In this document: one piece after another, positions 11,001-21,054 of the stretch
Layout of the letters: every line of letters begins with the position of its first letter
Position numbering within the stretch: the stretch's first letter is position 1
Assembly (NCBI GenBank): GCA_900128565.1
Contig: LT635939.1
Span: 1-37,659, forward strand
DNA: 37,659 nucleotides
Reading direction: 5' to 3'
DNA from: Stramenopiles sp. TOSAG23-6
Taxonomy: Eukaryota
Notes under the pieces: model-generated
What the model was told of the DNA's origin: nothing
The model's input: the letters and a program-made list of their open reading frames with translations, nothing else
The model's database searches: none
Position numbers and translations under genes: made by a program

Positions 11001-12411
11001 CATGCATTATAGTATTACAAGCATGAATATATTCACCACGAATAAGACATTCTTCAATAAACCAACGATTTGAACTATTATTTGTAAAAGTCAATATTTT
11101 AGACACAATGGATTCATTGTGTTTTTTTAATTGTTTTTGTCTTTTCAATGTTTTTTGTTTTTTCAAGTGTTTTTGTTTTATTAAGTTTTTTTCACATAAA
11201 GTACTTTTTAGATTTTCTTGATTCATCACTATATGTTGTGTAATATCATTTATATTACTATATGTACTTAGTACCAAATTAGAGTGTATCTCATTCACAA
11301 CATTACTCGTGTTTTGTAAATGGTTAAATACATGTTTTGTACGAAATATTTCGTGTTTGGAGGTAGGTAGACATTTTTTATAGTTAGTACTATTTACCAA
11401 GTACATTAATCTATCTGTTTGAGTTGTTTCATTTACAATATTTTGAGAGATCTTTTGAATACCATCATCATACATTTGTTTTAACTCATCAAAATTACCA
11501 TTATTGTATAATAATGAAGCTAAAATTTTTTTACCGTGTAAATCTAACTGTAAACCATTTGTATTTGTAGTTATATTTGCTACTTGAAGTGACTGTAAAG
11601 CAGATTCTTTAGCACACAAAGTCATCATCGCAGTACATAATTTACTATCTATAATTCTATTCATTTTGTTTCGTTTTGCATCTTTTTTTCTATATTCTTG
11701 TTGTGTATCAAGTGCAAGTAAAGAATAATACAAATCAAGCGATTGATTCTTTCGACCTGTTTCGTATAAATCATGTATACGCTTCCGTCTTAACTCAGCA
11801 ACAAAGCCTTTATTCGATAATGCATATAAGCAAGATCTTATCCATTTTGTTCCTGATGTATATTTCTGAAATATTTGTGGTGACCCGTTCAAAAATATAG
11901 GAGAGTTTTTAGAATAGTCTTTTGTTTGTTTCAATTCTTTTACGAGCTTCGCTGCTATATTTTTCTCTCCTTCAATGACACAGTGGACAATTGACTCCAA
12001 ATAGCATTGGGAACTTATATCTATTGATCTATCTTTCATATGTTGAAGTATATTTAAAGCATCGGATGCACTGTCACAGTGTTGTAGTATAATAGCACAC
12101 TCATCAACTGACACTTGACCACTGATGATTGTTTCCAAGACTTCACCATGAACTTTCAAAAACGCATGCCTATCATATTTAGTATCACCCTGTTCAATTA
12201 TATTTTGCACCCGAATAGCTGATGGAGACATTCGACGACATCTCCATATAGGCAGGGATGATTGTGTATGAGTACTAAACCTTTTACCAACCAACAAACA
12301 TCCTTGTGTCACTACTCGTTTAGTTGCTGAATATCGTTGAGAAAATACTGGAAAAACTGAAGAAGTGTGAAACACAGAGTGTGCAGATGTTTTCAATATC
12401 CATTGAGACAT
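8051..12411 (-). CDS. Degenerate PPR-like helical-repeat protein, probably mitochondrial (~1,450 aa; ORFs 9406-12411 and 8051-9352 joined across an N-rich patch)
   Basis: The first ~70 aa are Ser/Arg-rich with no acidic residues, like a presequence. PPR-like motifs: SSQCYLESIVHCVIEGEKNIAAKLVKEL, STEVYNYLLELLIVNGDLSGAFVV, YDCMTYNTIIHNFCLWGEYEKATAV, PSALSWNALL. The break coincides with Ns at 9405-9421, and the downstream frame is open upstream of its ATG (NSTVGNDNIGNDNTGIM). Confidence 0.65.
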
Positions 12412-12698
12412 AGCAATATTCTACACAGGTAAAAGCCTGGCGTATATCATCAAATAAAACACCATCGATGGAACTATTTAGTTTGTGTTGTTTGTGTGTT
12501 ACTCAAATTCAGAGTTTCTAAACGTATAACACTACAACGACGACGACACGTGTGTGTAGCATCGGAAAAACACGAAATCTAACTCTAAAAAAATTTGAAT
12601 TCGAAAATTTTTTTTTGATGTGTGCTCCTCTCCGACTCCGACTCCGAGAGTGTAAAAAAGTTCTCTTTTCTTCCCGCGCTCTTTTACCAAATAAGGAA

Positions 12699-15269
12699 AT
12701 GACGAAACAAAGTACACAATTAGATGATACTATTCGCTTTGGAAAAATATCATCACTTTGGGGTGATATTAAACAGGACAAAGATAGTGTCGTTCTTCAA
12801 GTGGTGAGTCTTCATCGATTCCTACAAGACGACAGATTTGAAGCCCGAACCGGCAGAGTAGTAAGTGAAGAAGATAGCGATGGCTACGATATTGTTCTTA
12901 GTGATGGTATTTCGAAGACAAAATGTCTCTTGAATCCATCGTTGAATAATTTGGTTCATTCTGGTGCACTTCAAAAGCACTACTTTATTACAGTTGGAAA
13001 ACGTTCACTTCACTATGATGAATTAAGTAGTGATTTATCTTATCTTATTATCGATGAAATCATAAAACTACAGTATGATACTTGTGTCCGGTTTGCCCAA
13101 CACAATAATTTTCAAAGAAATCAAACCAATGATGAAAACTCTAAAAATATGAATAAACCAAATAGTTGCAGTACAGCAATTTCTCAATCAAGTAAAACTA
13201 ATGACAAAGGTTTAAACGTTTCAAAATATATCAAATGGTTCAAGACTGATGAAAAACTAATTACAAAACCACTAATACCAGATCGTCCATATTACCTTCA
13301 CTTACATTGCAATACTGTTGAGCTTACTCAACGGGAACACCAATTCAATCCTGAAAAATTATTTTTACGTTCGTCTCAAGTAAAAAAAGTTGCAAGTGGT
13401 GGTATAGAAGAAAGGCTACTTGAAGCTGCTAGAAATGGTAAAGGAAGAGGTTTCACATGTAAACCTATTTTTGGTGTCATTCAACGTAAAGGTTCTATCG
13501 TGCATTATGGTGATGTCACGAAACATCATGCTTTTCCTTTTTTTTGCAAACTTTGGATTTCGGATTTTCGTGTTGATAAAACTGAAGCTCATCGTACGAT
13601 TCAAGTTAATTTATGGGGAAGACTTTGTCTTGAGTATCATGCCTCACTTTTTGAAGGTGATTGTATTATGTTGACTGGTTGGACAACGAGAACCTATAGG
13701 CAAACTGGAAATTTAGAAATTCATTTAAATAGTCGAAACTGTAGTCGGTTTCGTTTAGAAAACTCTGACCCAAATTGTGAAAAAAGACAACCAGGAAGAC
13801 TTTATTTATTATCAACACGACCACGCTCAAGAGCAAAAGTCAGAGCTATCGATGATCGAGGTGGAGATCAATTACTGCGTAGATTAGAGAATAGAGGTAA
13901 TGTACGAAAATTAGTACGAGATTCAAAAATGTGTAATAGTTTGTACATTTCAACATTATGTAATAAGGAATTTTTTCATTTTATCGGAGTTTTACGTTTT
14001 GTTGGTGATATTTCACGTTTTAAATTTCAAAATGGATTCAAATTATTTCGGTGGATAAAATTAAGGGATTTTCACTCAACTAGAGAAATTTCTATACTTG
14101 TGCAAAATACTTCACAAATTCAAGTATTTTCCTCTTTACGTGTTGGAGCAGTTTTTTTCATGAGTAATCTTCAGAGTCGTGTGAATAGAAAAAACGGTGA
14201 TGGTGATTTCCGTAATGAAGTGATGAGTTGTATGGCACATACCTCAGAATATACTGAAATGTGTTTAATATCTAATTGGAATGAATGTCGACGCGTCGCA
14301 TTTCCTGGTTCACTTTACCCAAGTCTTTTGACAAAGCTGCCTGAATATGGAGATAATCTTCGTTGTTCATCTAAAATAAACCCGAAGCAATCTAAGGGTA
14401 GCACTGATAATACTACAAAGGATAAAAATGATTTTTCTACTATACAAAATGATTCGGCTGGTTTTATTGTAATGAAGACATTTTATAGTTGGATAGTACA
14501 ACAACAAAAATATCCGCAAATGAAGATTATTTCGTGTGTAAAGAGTAAAACTTCGTCAATTGGTGGACAATTTTTATCCTTTGGTAGATATATACATAAT
14601 GATGATGATGATGATGATGATGAAAATACTACTGATAATGAATTGTTAGATCAATATAAACAAGAAATGTGGAGAAACCATTTTTCATTACCGGGTACTT
14701 TACAAGAATTATATTCAATGTGGTGTTTTGGAAAACCTGAATTTATTCCATTAGATGATCTTAATATGCACAAAGAAAAGCTACATATTAATGAATGCAA
14801 ATATTTCGTCTGCAAGGTAGTATGTAATGGTTTTCAAGTATTGAGTTCATCACAACAGAAAAAAAAATCAAAAAAAAAAAGAAAACGAAGTGATGAAAAA
14901 AATACACGGAATGAGTATACGATAAAAATGGAAGTAGTACCTATCAATGATACAATTCATGACAATAAGAATAATATTTTATTAAATGTTGTATATAACC
15001 AAATCGCTACTGCACGAAAAAACTTACACTCAGATCTTCGTAAAACTGATAAATCCTTTATGCCCCGTGGTATTATAAGTACTGTATTACCACCGGATAG
15101 CCTATCATTGAAAGAGTGGCAAGAGGTAAGTTTAGCAGCTACACAGGATAGTTCTATTTCGTTACTGAATGACTACACTCGAAATTTAAAATTGAAAATA
15201 TTGATTGAATGTTTTCGGTTATCATCGGATGAGTGTTGTTCTACAGCCATTGCTGCATATAATATATAA
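12699..15269 (+). CDS. RADX: RADX-like (RPA1-related) multi-OB-fold ssDNA-binding protein
   Basis: Three blocks match RADX OB folds as I recall them, in order: YDIVLSDGISKTKCLLNPSLNNLV; PIFGVIQRKGSIVHYG..PFFCKLWISD..VNLWGRLCLEYHASLFEG..LEIHLNSRN; FHFIGVLRFVG..FRWIKLRD..NTSQ. ATG 12699 is preferred over the upstream GTG. Confidence 0.75.
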   Translation: MTKQSTQLDDTIRFGKISSLWGDIKQDKDSVVLQVVSLHRFLQDDRFEARTGRVVSEEDSDGYDIVLSDGISKTKCLLNPSLNNLVHSGALQKHYFITVGKRSLHYDELSSDLSYLIIDEIIKLQYDTCVRFAQHNNFQRNQTNDENSKNMNKPNSCSTAISQSSKTNDKGLNVSKYIKWFKTDEKLITKPLIPDRPYYLHLHCNTVELTQREHQFNPEKLFLRSSQVKKVASGGIEERLLEAARNGKGRGFTCKPIFGVIQRKGSIVHYGDVTKHHAFPFFCKLWISDFRVDKTEAHRTIQVNLWGRLCLEYHASLFEGDCIMLTGWTTRTYRQTGNLEIHLNSRNCSRFRLENSDPNCEKRQPGRLYLLSTRPRSRAKVRAIDDRGGDQLLRRLENRGNVRKLVRDSKMCNSLYISTLCNKEFFHFIGVLRFVGDISRFKFQNGFKLFRWIKLRDFHSTREISILVQNTSQIQVFSSLRVGAVFFMSNLQSRVNRKNGDGDFRNEVMSCMAHTSEYTEMCLISNWNECRRVAFPGSLYPSLLTKLPEYGDNLRCSSKINPKQSKGSTDNTTKDKNDFSTIQNDSAGFIVMKTFYSWIVQQQKYPQMKIISCVKSKTSSIGGQFLSFGRYIHNDDDDDDDENTTDNELLDQYKQEMWRNHFSLPGTLQELYSMWCFGKPEFIPLDDLNMHKEKLHINECKYFVCKVVCNGFQVLSSSQQKKKSKKKRKRSDEKNTRNEYTIKMEVVPINDTIHDNKNNILLNVVYNQIATARKNLHSDLRKTDKSFMPRGIISTVLPPDSLSLKEWQEVSLAATQDSSISLLNDYTRNLKLKILIECFRLSSDECCSTAIAAYNI

Positions 15270-15397
15270 TAAGTGTTGTATACTATATAAGTATATATTG
15301 TATATATTCAAATGTATAATTTGATTGATATATAGCTTGTAATGAAAGAAATTTATGAGTGTTATAATACTATTCAATAAAATATGATATAGTAGAT

Positions 15398-17929
15398 TTA
15401 TTTTTTTTCTAAAAGTATATCGGAATTATTTACAATGTTTTTAATAAACTGTTTTGCATTGAGTTTTTTAGAGATTGCCGAAGGTGGCTGTTTGGTAGAA
15501 AGATTTGTATAATGTACCTCATCAGAGCTTTGAACTATATTTTTTATAAACTTTTTTGCATCATTCTTCTGTTTGCGTACTATCTGTTCATGATCAATGT
15601 GTTTAGAGTTTTCATGGGTTTTATGTGCACTATCTTTATATTTTATACTCGATGATGTATTATTTTTATGTGTCTTACCTTCTGTGAGATTCATAGCAGC
15701 TTCTTTCCGTCTTTTTGTTATTGCTTCATGTTCAATTTTTAGTTTTTCTCTTTTTTCGATTATTTTCTGCAATTCTCTTTGATGCGATGCATCATTTTTC
15801 ATTGTTTCCTTCTTATTGTGTACTGCAGATAGTAGTACAGCTTCGTGGTCTTGTTGTGCTTTGCGTATTAGAGCCTCGTTTTCTTTTTCTATTTTTTTCA
15901 TTGCTATATCGTGGTTTGATTTTGCTCTGCGTGCTACTAGTATGTTATCTTCTTTCAATTTTTTTTCATTGGATACAGTTTCTTTATAATCAATATGCAT
16001 CAATTCACTCAAACTTTGTTTATGTTTTTGTGATGATGAGTAATTTAAACGTGTATTGGTAACTTCTTTCGTTTCTTTTGTTGTAGCTTCTTTCGCCAGT
16101 GTTGCATTGGATGCAGTATCTTTATAACCAATATGCATCAATTCACTCAAACTTTGTTTATGTTTTTGTGATGATGAATAATTTAAACGTGTATTAGTAA
16201 CTTCTGTTGTTTCTTTCGTTCTAGCTTCTTTCGCCAGTGTTGCATTGGATACAGTATCTTTATAACCAATATGCATCAATTCACTCAAACTTTGTTTATG
16301 TTTTTGTGATGATGAATAATTTAAACGTGTATTAGTAACTTCTGTTGTTTCTTTCGTTCTAGCTTGTTTCATGTGATTTATCTTCGTAACTTCAATAACA
16401 GCTTGTGTAGAAATTGCTTCTGCCTCCGCCGCGCTCTTCTCTGCTAATTTAGCTTGTTTCATTGCATTAATCTTTGCAGCGTCAACAAAAACTTGTTTTG
16501 CGATTGCTTTTGCCTCCCCAGCTCTATTGGCTGCTAATTCAGCTTGTTTTATTGCATTAATCTTTGCAACATCAATGACAGCTTGTTTTGCGATTGCTTT
16601 TGCCTCCGTAGCTCTGTTGGCTACTAATTTAGCTTGTTTTATTACATTTGTCTTTGCAACATCAATGACAGCTTGTTTTGCGATTGCTTTTGCCTCCGCA
16701 GCTCTATTGGCTGCTAATTTAGCTTGTTTTAGTGCTTTATGTATTCTTTCTATTACTAGCAAACCCTCAGTTGCATGCTTTACTTTTAGTTTTACCTTTT
16801 CCTTTTTAAGGATGTTCCAACCATACTTTGCATTTTTGATAATTTCTTCTCTGCACTTCATTATACACACCCATTTTCGTTGTCTACTTTTAGTAAATTT
16901 AGTTTTATGTTGCCACGAAGAATTTTTGTTATTTATGGTATGAAAATTAATACCATAGTACCATTTATCATCATCATTATTCTTATTATTATCAAAATCA
17001 ATACTATTATGATATAAGGTCTTCCAGCAACATTCCCAATTCACAGTGTGAAAAATACTCTCATTACTAAAAATATCTAATGGTGAGTGATCAGCTTTGC
17101 GCCACCCATTAATATCAACTTGCATGATATGTGGAGGCTCATTACGACTTGTATTCTTTTCATTTGTTTTGTGCCATAAATAACGATTCGTAGATTTATC
17201 AAAAATCCATTTCTGATTTTCAAAAACGACGAAAAATTTTGATTTTTCAGGTAATAATTTTGTCAATGATTCTGGCAAATAATTCATCGCTTCAATAATA
17301 TTTGCTTTTGTTCCTTCATTTTCCCACCATGGTAGATGTTTAAGGCGTTCATAATATTTACTATTGAGAAAAGACAATCGCTGGATTGCAGGTAGTAAAA
17401 TTTTCCTAGAGTGGCCTATTTTTATTCCCAAAGTAGTCATTTCACTTTCATTGAGACCATCAAGACTTTCAAGTGTATGATAACCTGCTTCATACAAATG
17501 GTTGATATATGGATCCATACGTAAACGACGCATCCACAATATCACTTCTCCGTCAATAGGTTTAACCCTAACCCGAGTTTGTGGAATATATTTGTTTTTT
17601 GTGAAGTTTTCATTATTTCTTTTTACATCGGGCAAATTTTCGGGAGCATGATTTTTATACCCTATATTATTATTGGAAAACCAAAATCCAGTGTCTTTTG
17701 AAAACCATAAATGTTTCTTCTGTAATACCCTAGGATACTTACAACTATATTTGATATGTCCAACATTTCGTTCAAGTAAACTTTCAATGTTAACACCGTC
17801 AAGTGTATCTTTTCTGCAATTTTGGTGCAATCTTTTCTTACCTAGATTATTCATATTATCGTATTTGATTATATCTGACAATAAATGTACAAAGATATTA
17901 TATCTATGACAACTTCTAGTATTATACAC
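15398..17929 (-). CDS. SAM-domain protein with WW-like and dysferlin (DysF)-like segments, tandem repeats and coiled coil
   Basis: SAM: VILWMRRLRMDPYINHLYEAGYHTLESLDGLNESEMTTLGIKIGHSRKIL. WW-like: WIFDKSTNRYLWHK..NTSRNEPP. DysF-like: DKWYYGINF...SRQRKWV. The start ATG is uncertain. Confidence 0.7.
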   Translation of the reverse strand: MYNTRSCHRYNIFVHLLSDIIKYDNMNNLGKKRLHQNCRKDTLDGVNIESLLERNVGHIKYSCKYPRVLQKKHLWFSKDTGFWFSNNNIGYKNHAPENLPDVKRNNENFTKNKYIPQTRVRVKPIDGEVILWMRRLRMDPYINHLYEAGYHTLESLDGLNESEMTTLGIKIGHSRKILLPAIQRLSFLNSKYYERLKHLPWWENEGTKANIIEAMNYLPESLTKLLPEKSKFFVVFENQKWIFDKSTNRYLWHKTNEKNTSRNEPPHIMQVDINGWRKADHSPLDIFSNESIFHTVNWECCWKTLYHNSIDFDNNKNNDDDKWYYGINFHTINNKNSSWQHKTKFTKSRQRKWVCIMKCREEIIKNAKYGWNILKKEKVKLKVKHATEGLLVIERIHKALKQAKLAANRAAEAKAIAKQAVIDVAKTNVIKQAKLVANRATEAKAIAKQAVIDVAKINAIKQAELAANRAGEAKAIAKQVFVDAAKINAMKQAKLAEKSAAEAEAISTQAVIEVTKINHMKQARTKETTEVTNTRLNYSSSQKHKQSLSELMHIGYKDTVSNATLAKEARTKETTEVTNTRLNYSSSQKHKQSLSELMHIGYKDTASNATLAKEATTKETKEVTNTRLNYSSSQKHKQSLSELMHIDYKETVSNEKKLKEDNILVARRAKSNHDIAMKKIEKENEALIRKAQQDHEAVLLSAVHNKKETMKNDASHQRELQKIIEKREKLKIEHEAITKRRKEAAMNLTEGKTHKNNTSSSIKYKDSAHKTHENSKHIDHEQIVRKQKNDAKKFIKNIVQSSDEVHYTNLSTKQPPSAISKKLNAKQFIKNIVNNSDILLEKK
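15967..16365 (-). repeat. 138-nt tandem repeat x~3 (46 aa: KEARTKETTEVTNTRLNYSSSQKHKQSLSELMHIGYKDTVSNATLA)
   Basis: tatgtttttgtgatgatga recurs at 16021, 16159 and 16297. Confidence 0.95.
16361..16730 (-). repeat. 90-nt tandem repeat x4 (30 aa Ala/Lys-rich: KQAKLAANRAAEAKAIAKQAVIDVAKxNxI)
   Basis: cgattgcttttgcctcc recurs at 16501, 16591 and 16681, with a diverged copy near 16411. Confidence 0.95.
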
Positions 17930-18305
17930 TATTCAAGTACATTGTTGAAGTATCCCAGAGCTCGAGTTAATTCTTCGCCAACACTGTCGTGCTTTCACTT
18001 TTTTTTATGGAAGCGTAATTAGGTATGAAGACGATTCTTTCAGAAAATCTTTCACTGTTTAAAAGCTGGTCTTTATTCCCATACAAGCTTATTTCTACAT
18101 TAAACTTTGCTTTTTCATTTATCAATGAAAACGCCTCCCCAACAAGATCTTTAGAAGAAGAAAAAACGAAAAAGGAAAAACGAAGGCAAGTTCCAAGGGA
18201 AACCGTCAAACGCGAAGGATCTCTGAAATCTCAAATCTCAAAATTCGAATTTTTGGATACGCTCTTTTTTTCATCCAACGGTATAAATAAAGGGTTACTA
18301 ATATA

Positions 18306-19841
18306 ATGGTTTACTTGAGGTATTTAAGAATATATGTATTATTCACTTTACAAATTCGATGTAGTTGTATACGCTTAAGCGATACTGGTAAAGTCATTGA
18401 CGCATCAGCGAAGCCATATAGTAGCGTTACTATTGATTTAGACATTTCAGCTCAAAANACAAATGAAGAAAGCAAGTGTCCGCGTAGTCTTAGCAGCAAG
18501 AAACGAAGACAATGTCTGCAGAAATTGAGACGGCGGGGGGATGTAAAAACATCAAAAGACGATGAGCATCGTGAAGGTCAATCATCAAAAGTGAAGAAAG
18601 GGAAAAAGCGTAAAAAAATCGAAGGCGAAAGTAACGACGACGATGATGAAGATCACAAACTCAAGAGACACAAAAAATTAAAAAACGAGGATGGTAAGAG
18701 TGAAGAAACCGAAGACGAAAGCCCCGACGATGACATCCAAGACCAAAAACATAAACATAAGAGGCATAAGTCAAGAAAAAAAAGGAGTGGCAAAAAGCGT
18801 AAAGAGTCCGAAGACAAAAGTACCAACGATGGCGTTGAAGGCCAACAACACAAACACAAGAGACATAATTCATTAAATAACAAGAGTGGTGAAATGGGCG
18901 AAGAACATGAAGACGAAATTAATGGAGATGATGGGATTCCAAAAGACATTGATGTCAATACGGGTGATAAAGAACTAGATGATGAGCTAAAAATGGTGCA
19001 GCGAATGGATACAAAGTTCAAAAAGGTAAATGCAACTGCGACAGGTTTGAGAGAGAATCTAATAAAAAGATTAGAGAAGTTGTTGATAGAGGCTAAAGAA
19101 AAGGTTGAAACATTAAAGAACATGTTAAATGCTGCAAAAAAAAACCATGAAGCTAAAGAAGGGGATACAAAACAAGAAGAAACTAAAAAAGATACACAAC
19201 CAAAAAAAAATAATAGAGATACAAACCAAGAAGAAACTAGAAAAGATAGAAAATCAAAAGCAACTAAGAGTGGGAAAACACAAGAAGAAGATAAAACAGA
19301 TGAAAAAAAAGAAAAACTTGATAACGAAAAAGAAAACGATAGTGAAGTGGGAAAACAAGATACAAAAGCTAATTGCGAATCAGTGAAAAGTCTTTTATCT
19401 AAAGCCAATGAAACAATTAGTACACTAGAAAGCAAAATAAGACAGTTTCAAACTGATAAATGGTCGTCAGATCATCTAAATCAATATGACGGTCTGAAGG
19501 CTTGTCGGAAAGAACTCGAGATTGAGCGTAAGTTGAAAATTGACTTCGGAAAAGCCACACAGTCAACTCAAATAGAAAATATGAAAAAGGAAAATGAGTT
19601 GCATCAGCAAATAAAGCAACTAAAGCAACGCCTGGCATCAGATACGAAAGACGCACGGCAAGCACCACGGGAAGATGAAACTTATAACCGCAGTGAGTAC
19701 AATAGGGTACCTTATCCTAGCCCTATAACAACAACCAGTGGNGGGGGGGGGAGCACATTATACAGCCACAGTGAGTACAATAGGGCACCTTATCCTAACC
19801 CTATAACAACAACCAGTGATGGGGAAAAAAGCACAGTATAA
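18306..19841 (+). CDS. Hypothetical highly charged coiled-coil protein with possible signal peptide
   Basis: 511-aa ORF. Hydrophobic N-terminus YLRIYVLFTLQIRCSC, K/E/D/H-rich body, heptad-like segments. Confidence 0.65.
   Translation: MVYLRYLRIYVLFTLQIRCSCIRLSDTGKVIDASAKPYSSVTIDLDISAQXTNEESKCPRSLSSKKRRQCLQKLRRRGDVKTSKDDEHREGQSSKVKKGKKRKKIEGESNDDDDEDHKLKRHKKLKNEDGKSEETEDESPDDDIQDQKHKHKRHKSRKKRSGKKRKESEDKSTNDGVEGQQHKHKRHNSLNNKSGEMGEEHEDEINGDDGIPKDIDVNTGDKELDDELKMVQRMDTKFKKVNATATGLRENLIKRLEKLLIEAKEKVETLKNMLNAAKKNHEAKEGDTKQEETKKDTQPKKNNRDTNQEETRKDRKSKATKSGKTQEEDKTDEKKEKLDNEKENDSEVGKQDTKANCESVKSLLSKANETISTLESKIRQFQTDKWSSDHLNQYDGLKACRKELEIERKLKIDFGKATQSTQIENMKKENELHQQIKQLKQRLASDTKDARQAPREDETYNRSEYNRVPYPSPITTTSXGGGSTLYSHSEYNRAPYPNPITTTSDGEKSTV
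19683..19838 (+). repeat. 78-nt tandem repeat x2 (Y..SEYNRxPYPxPITTTS.G..ST)
   Basis: cagtgagtacaataggg.accttatccta.ccctataacaacaaccagtg occurs twice, 78 nt apart. Confidence 0.9.
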
Positions 19842-19933
19842 AATATAAAAAAAGTTATGAAAAGTTTATTTCTATCAAGAGCAACTGAGTATAATCAGAT
19901 TACTGGTTATTTGTACTACGAACGTACTTGTAC

Positions 19934-20182
19934 CTACATGGTACGGTTACCTGGAAGTCTGTTATCACCATTCCGAATTGGGTTACATCCTTGAAATTTT
20001 AAATACTCTTTCGTCTCAGCTGCCCACTCACTGGATATGGTTCTTGGTAATTTTGCTTTTGCACGAGCAGATCCCCATAAAAGGAATGAAATGCCACTAA
20101 AGATACCAACACCAGCAAATGCTGCCTTTTTCGGTCCCAACTGTTTTGCGTGGTTTCGTATAGTTCTCATGAATAAAACCAT
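19934..20182 (-). CDS. Cytochrome c oxidase subunit IV-family (COX4/yeast Cox5-like) small membrane protein
   Basis: A single TM helix (AAFAGVGIFSGISFLLWG) is followed by LPRTISSEWAAETKEYLKFQGCNPI, which matches the COX4 C-terminal PxTxxxEW....Y......NP pattern. 82 aa from ATG 20182. An upstream exon is possible (acceptor-like caaatAG just 5'). Confidence 0.7.
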   Translation of the reverse strand: MVLFMRTIRNHAKQLGPKKAAFAGVGIFSGISFLLWGSARAKAKLPRTISSEWAAETKEYLKFQGCNPIRNGDNRLPGNRTM

Positions 20183-21054
20183 CGTATGTCGCTCTATTTG
20201 GGGTGTTATGATGAAAAAATGAGAAAAATAAGTCATTATTGTTATGATTTACACAAATATGGGGGGTATTGATATAGTCAAATGGATACACGTATATTGA
20301 AGTTAACTGGGAAAGAACGTGGTCCTTGAAAAAGACCGAAACATCAAGAATACTGTTGAATACAGAAACACAACCAAAACATTTGAGAATGTACTCAATT
20401 GCTATGATCTAGAACAAAAAATGAGTACTGATACAATAATTTAAGTTACTGGGATATTTAAAAACAATTGTAAGATAAACATTACTCACTATTTACACAA
20501 TGTAATCGTACTATTCTAAAATCCACGTCGTCCGATGTACTACTGTACTCTTTCTTTTACCTCCCGAGTCGATAGAGACTCGAGTCGAGTCGAGTCGCAC
20601 TATTTTTTTTGCGCCTGGTATGATACCCGGTAATCTATCACAGAGATTAATATCGCAAGTGTTCACTCGAACGTACCACTCGAGTTGTATTCTATTCATT
20701 CTATTGTATTGCGCAAAATAAATTGAGCATTATCTTGAGGAGTCCTGTAATTTAATTATAATTACTTGTACCATCTAATTTATTCCTTGGCAAAAGAAAC
20801 ACGAAATATCAGGTTAATTTCCGCGTAACACGAAATCCAGTGTTTTTAGTTGCGCGCATGCCATTCTACGATTAGATTAGATTTAGATTCGAAAGATCTT
20901 CTTCTTTTACTTTTTCGAAATTCTTGTATTCATCGAGTAGTTATTGAGTATGTATTTTTTATAATATACTCTTGATGATCTATTTGATTGAAGTAATATT
21001 TATGTATCTATCGAACAGAATACTAAGAGCAATATATGTGTGAATTGGAAATAA

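Noticed and set aside
15967-16730. CRISPR-like array
   Set aside because: The units are contiguous, multiples of 3, lack unique spacers and lie within a CDS; no cas genes are present.
17967-18306. Short ORFs 17967-18209 and 18025-18306
   Set aside because: They overlap each other in a divergent promoter/UTR region and have no recognisable features.
18653-19435. Long antisense ORFs (260 aa here; also 16527-16943, 27624-28001, 29335-29742, 34928-35335)
   Set aside because: F/S/L-rich shadows of K/E-rich or repetitive sense codons, with no recognisable motifs.
12569-20836. AACACGAAAT as a promoter motif (12569, 20798, 20827)
   Set aside because: The same word also occurs inside coding regions (e.g. 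near 2355, 3928, and reverse near 10921 and 11348), so enrichment is not supported.
20240-21054. tRNA or ncRNA in the longest intergenic region
   Set aside because: I recognised no cloverleaf, box motifs or extended stem; it is better explained as UTR/intron plus a divergent promoter.
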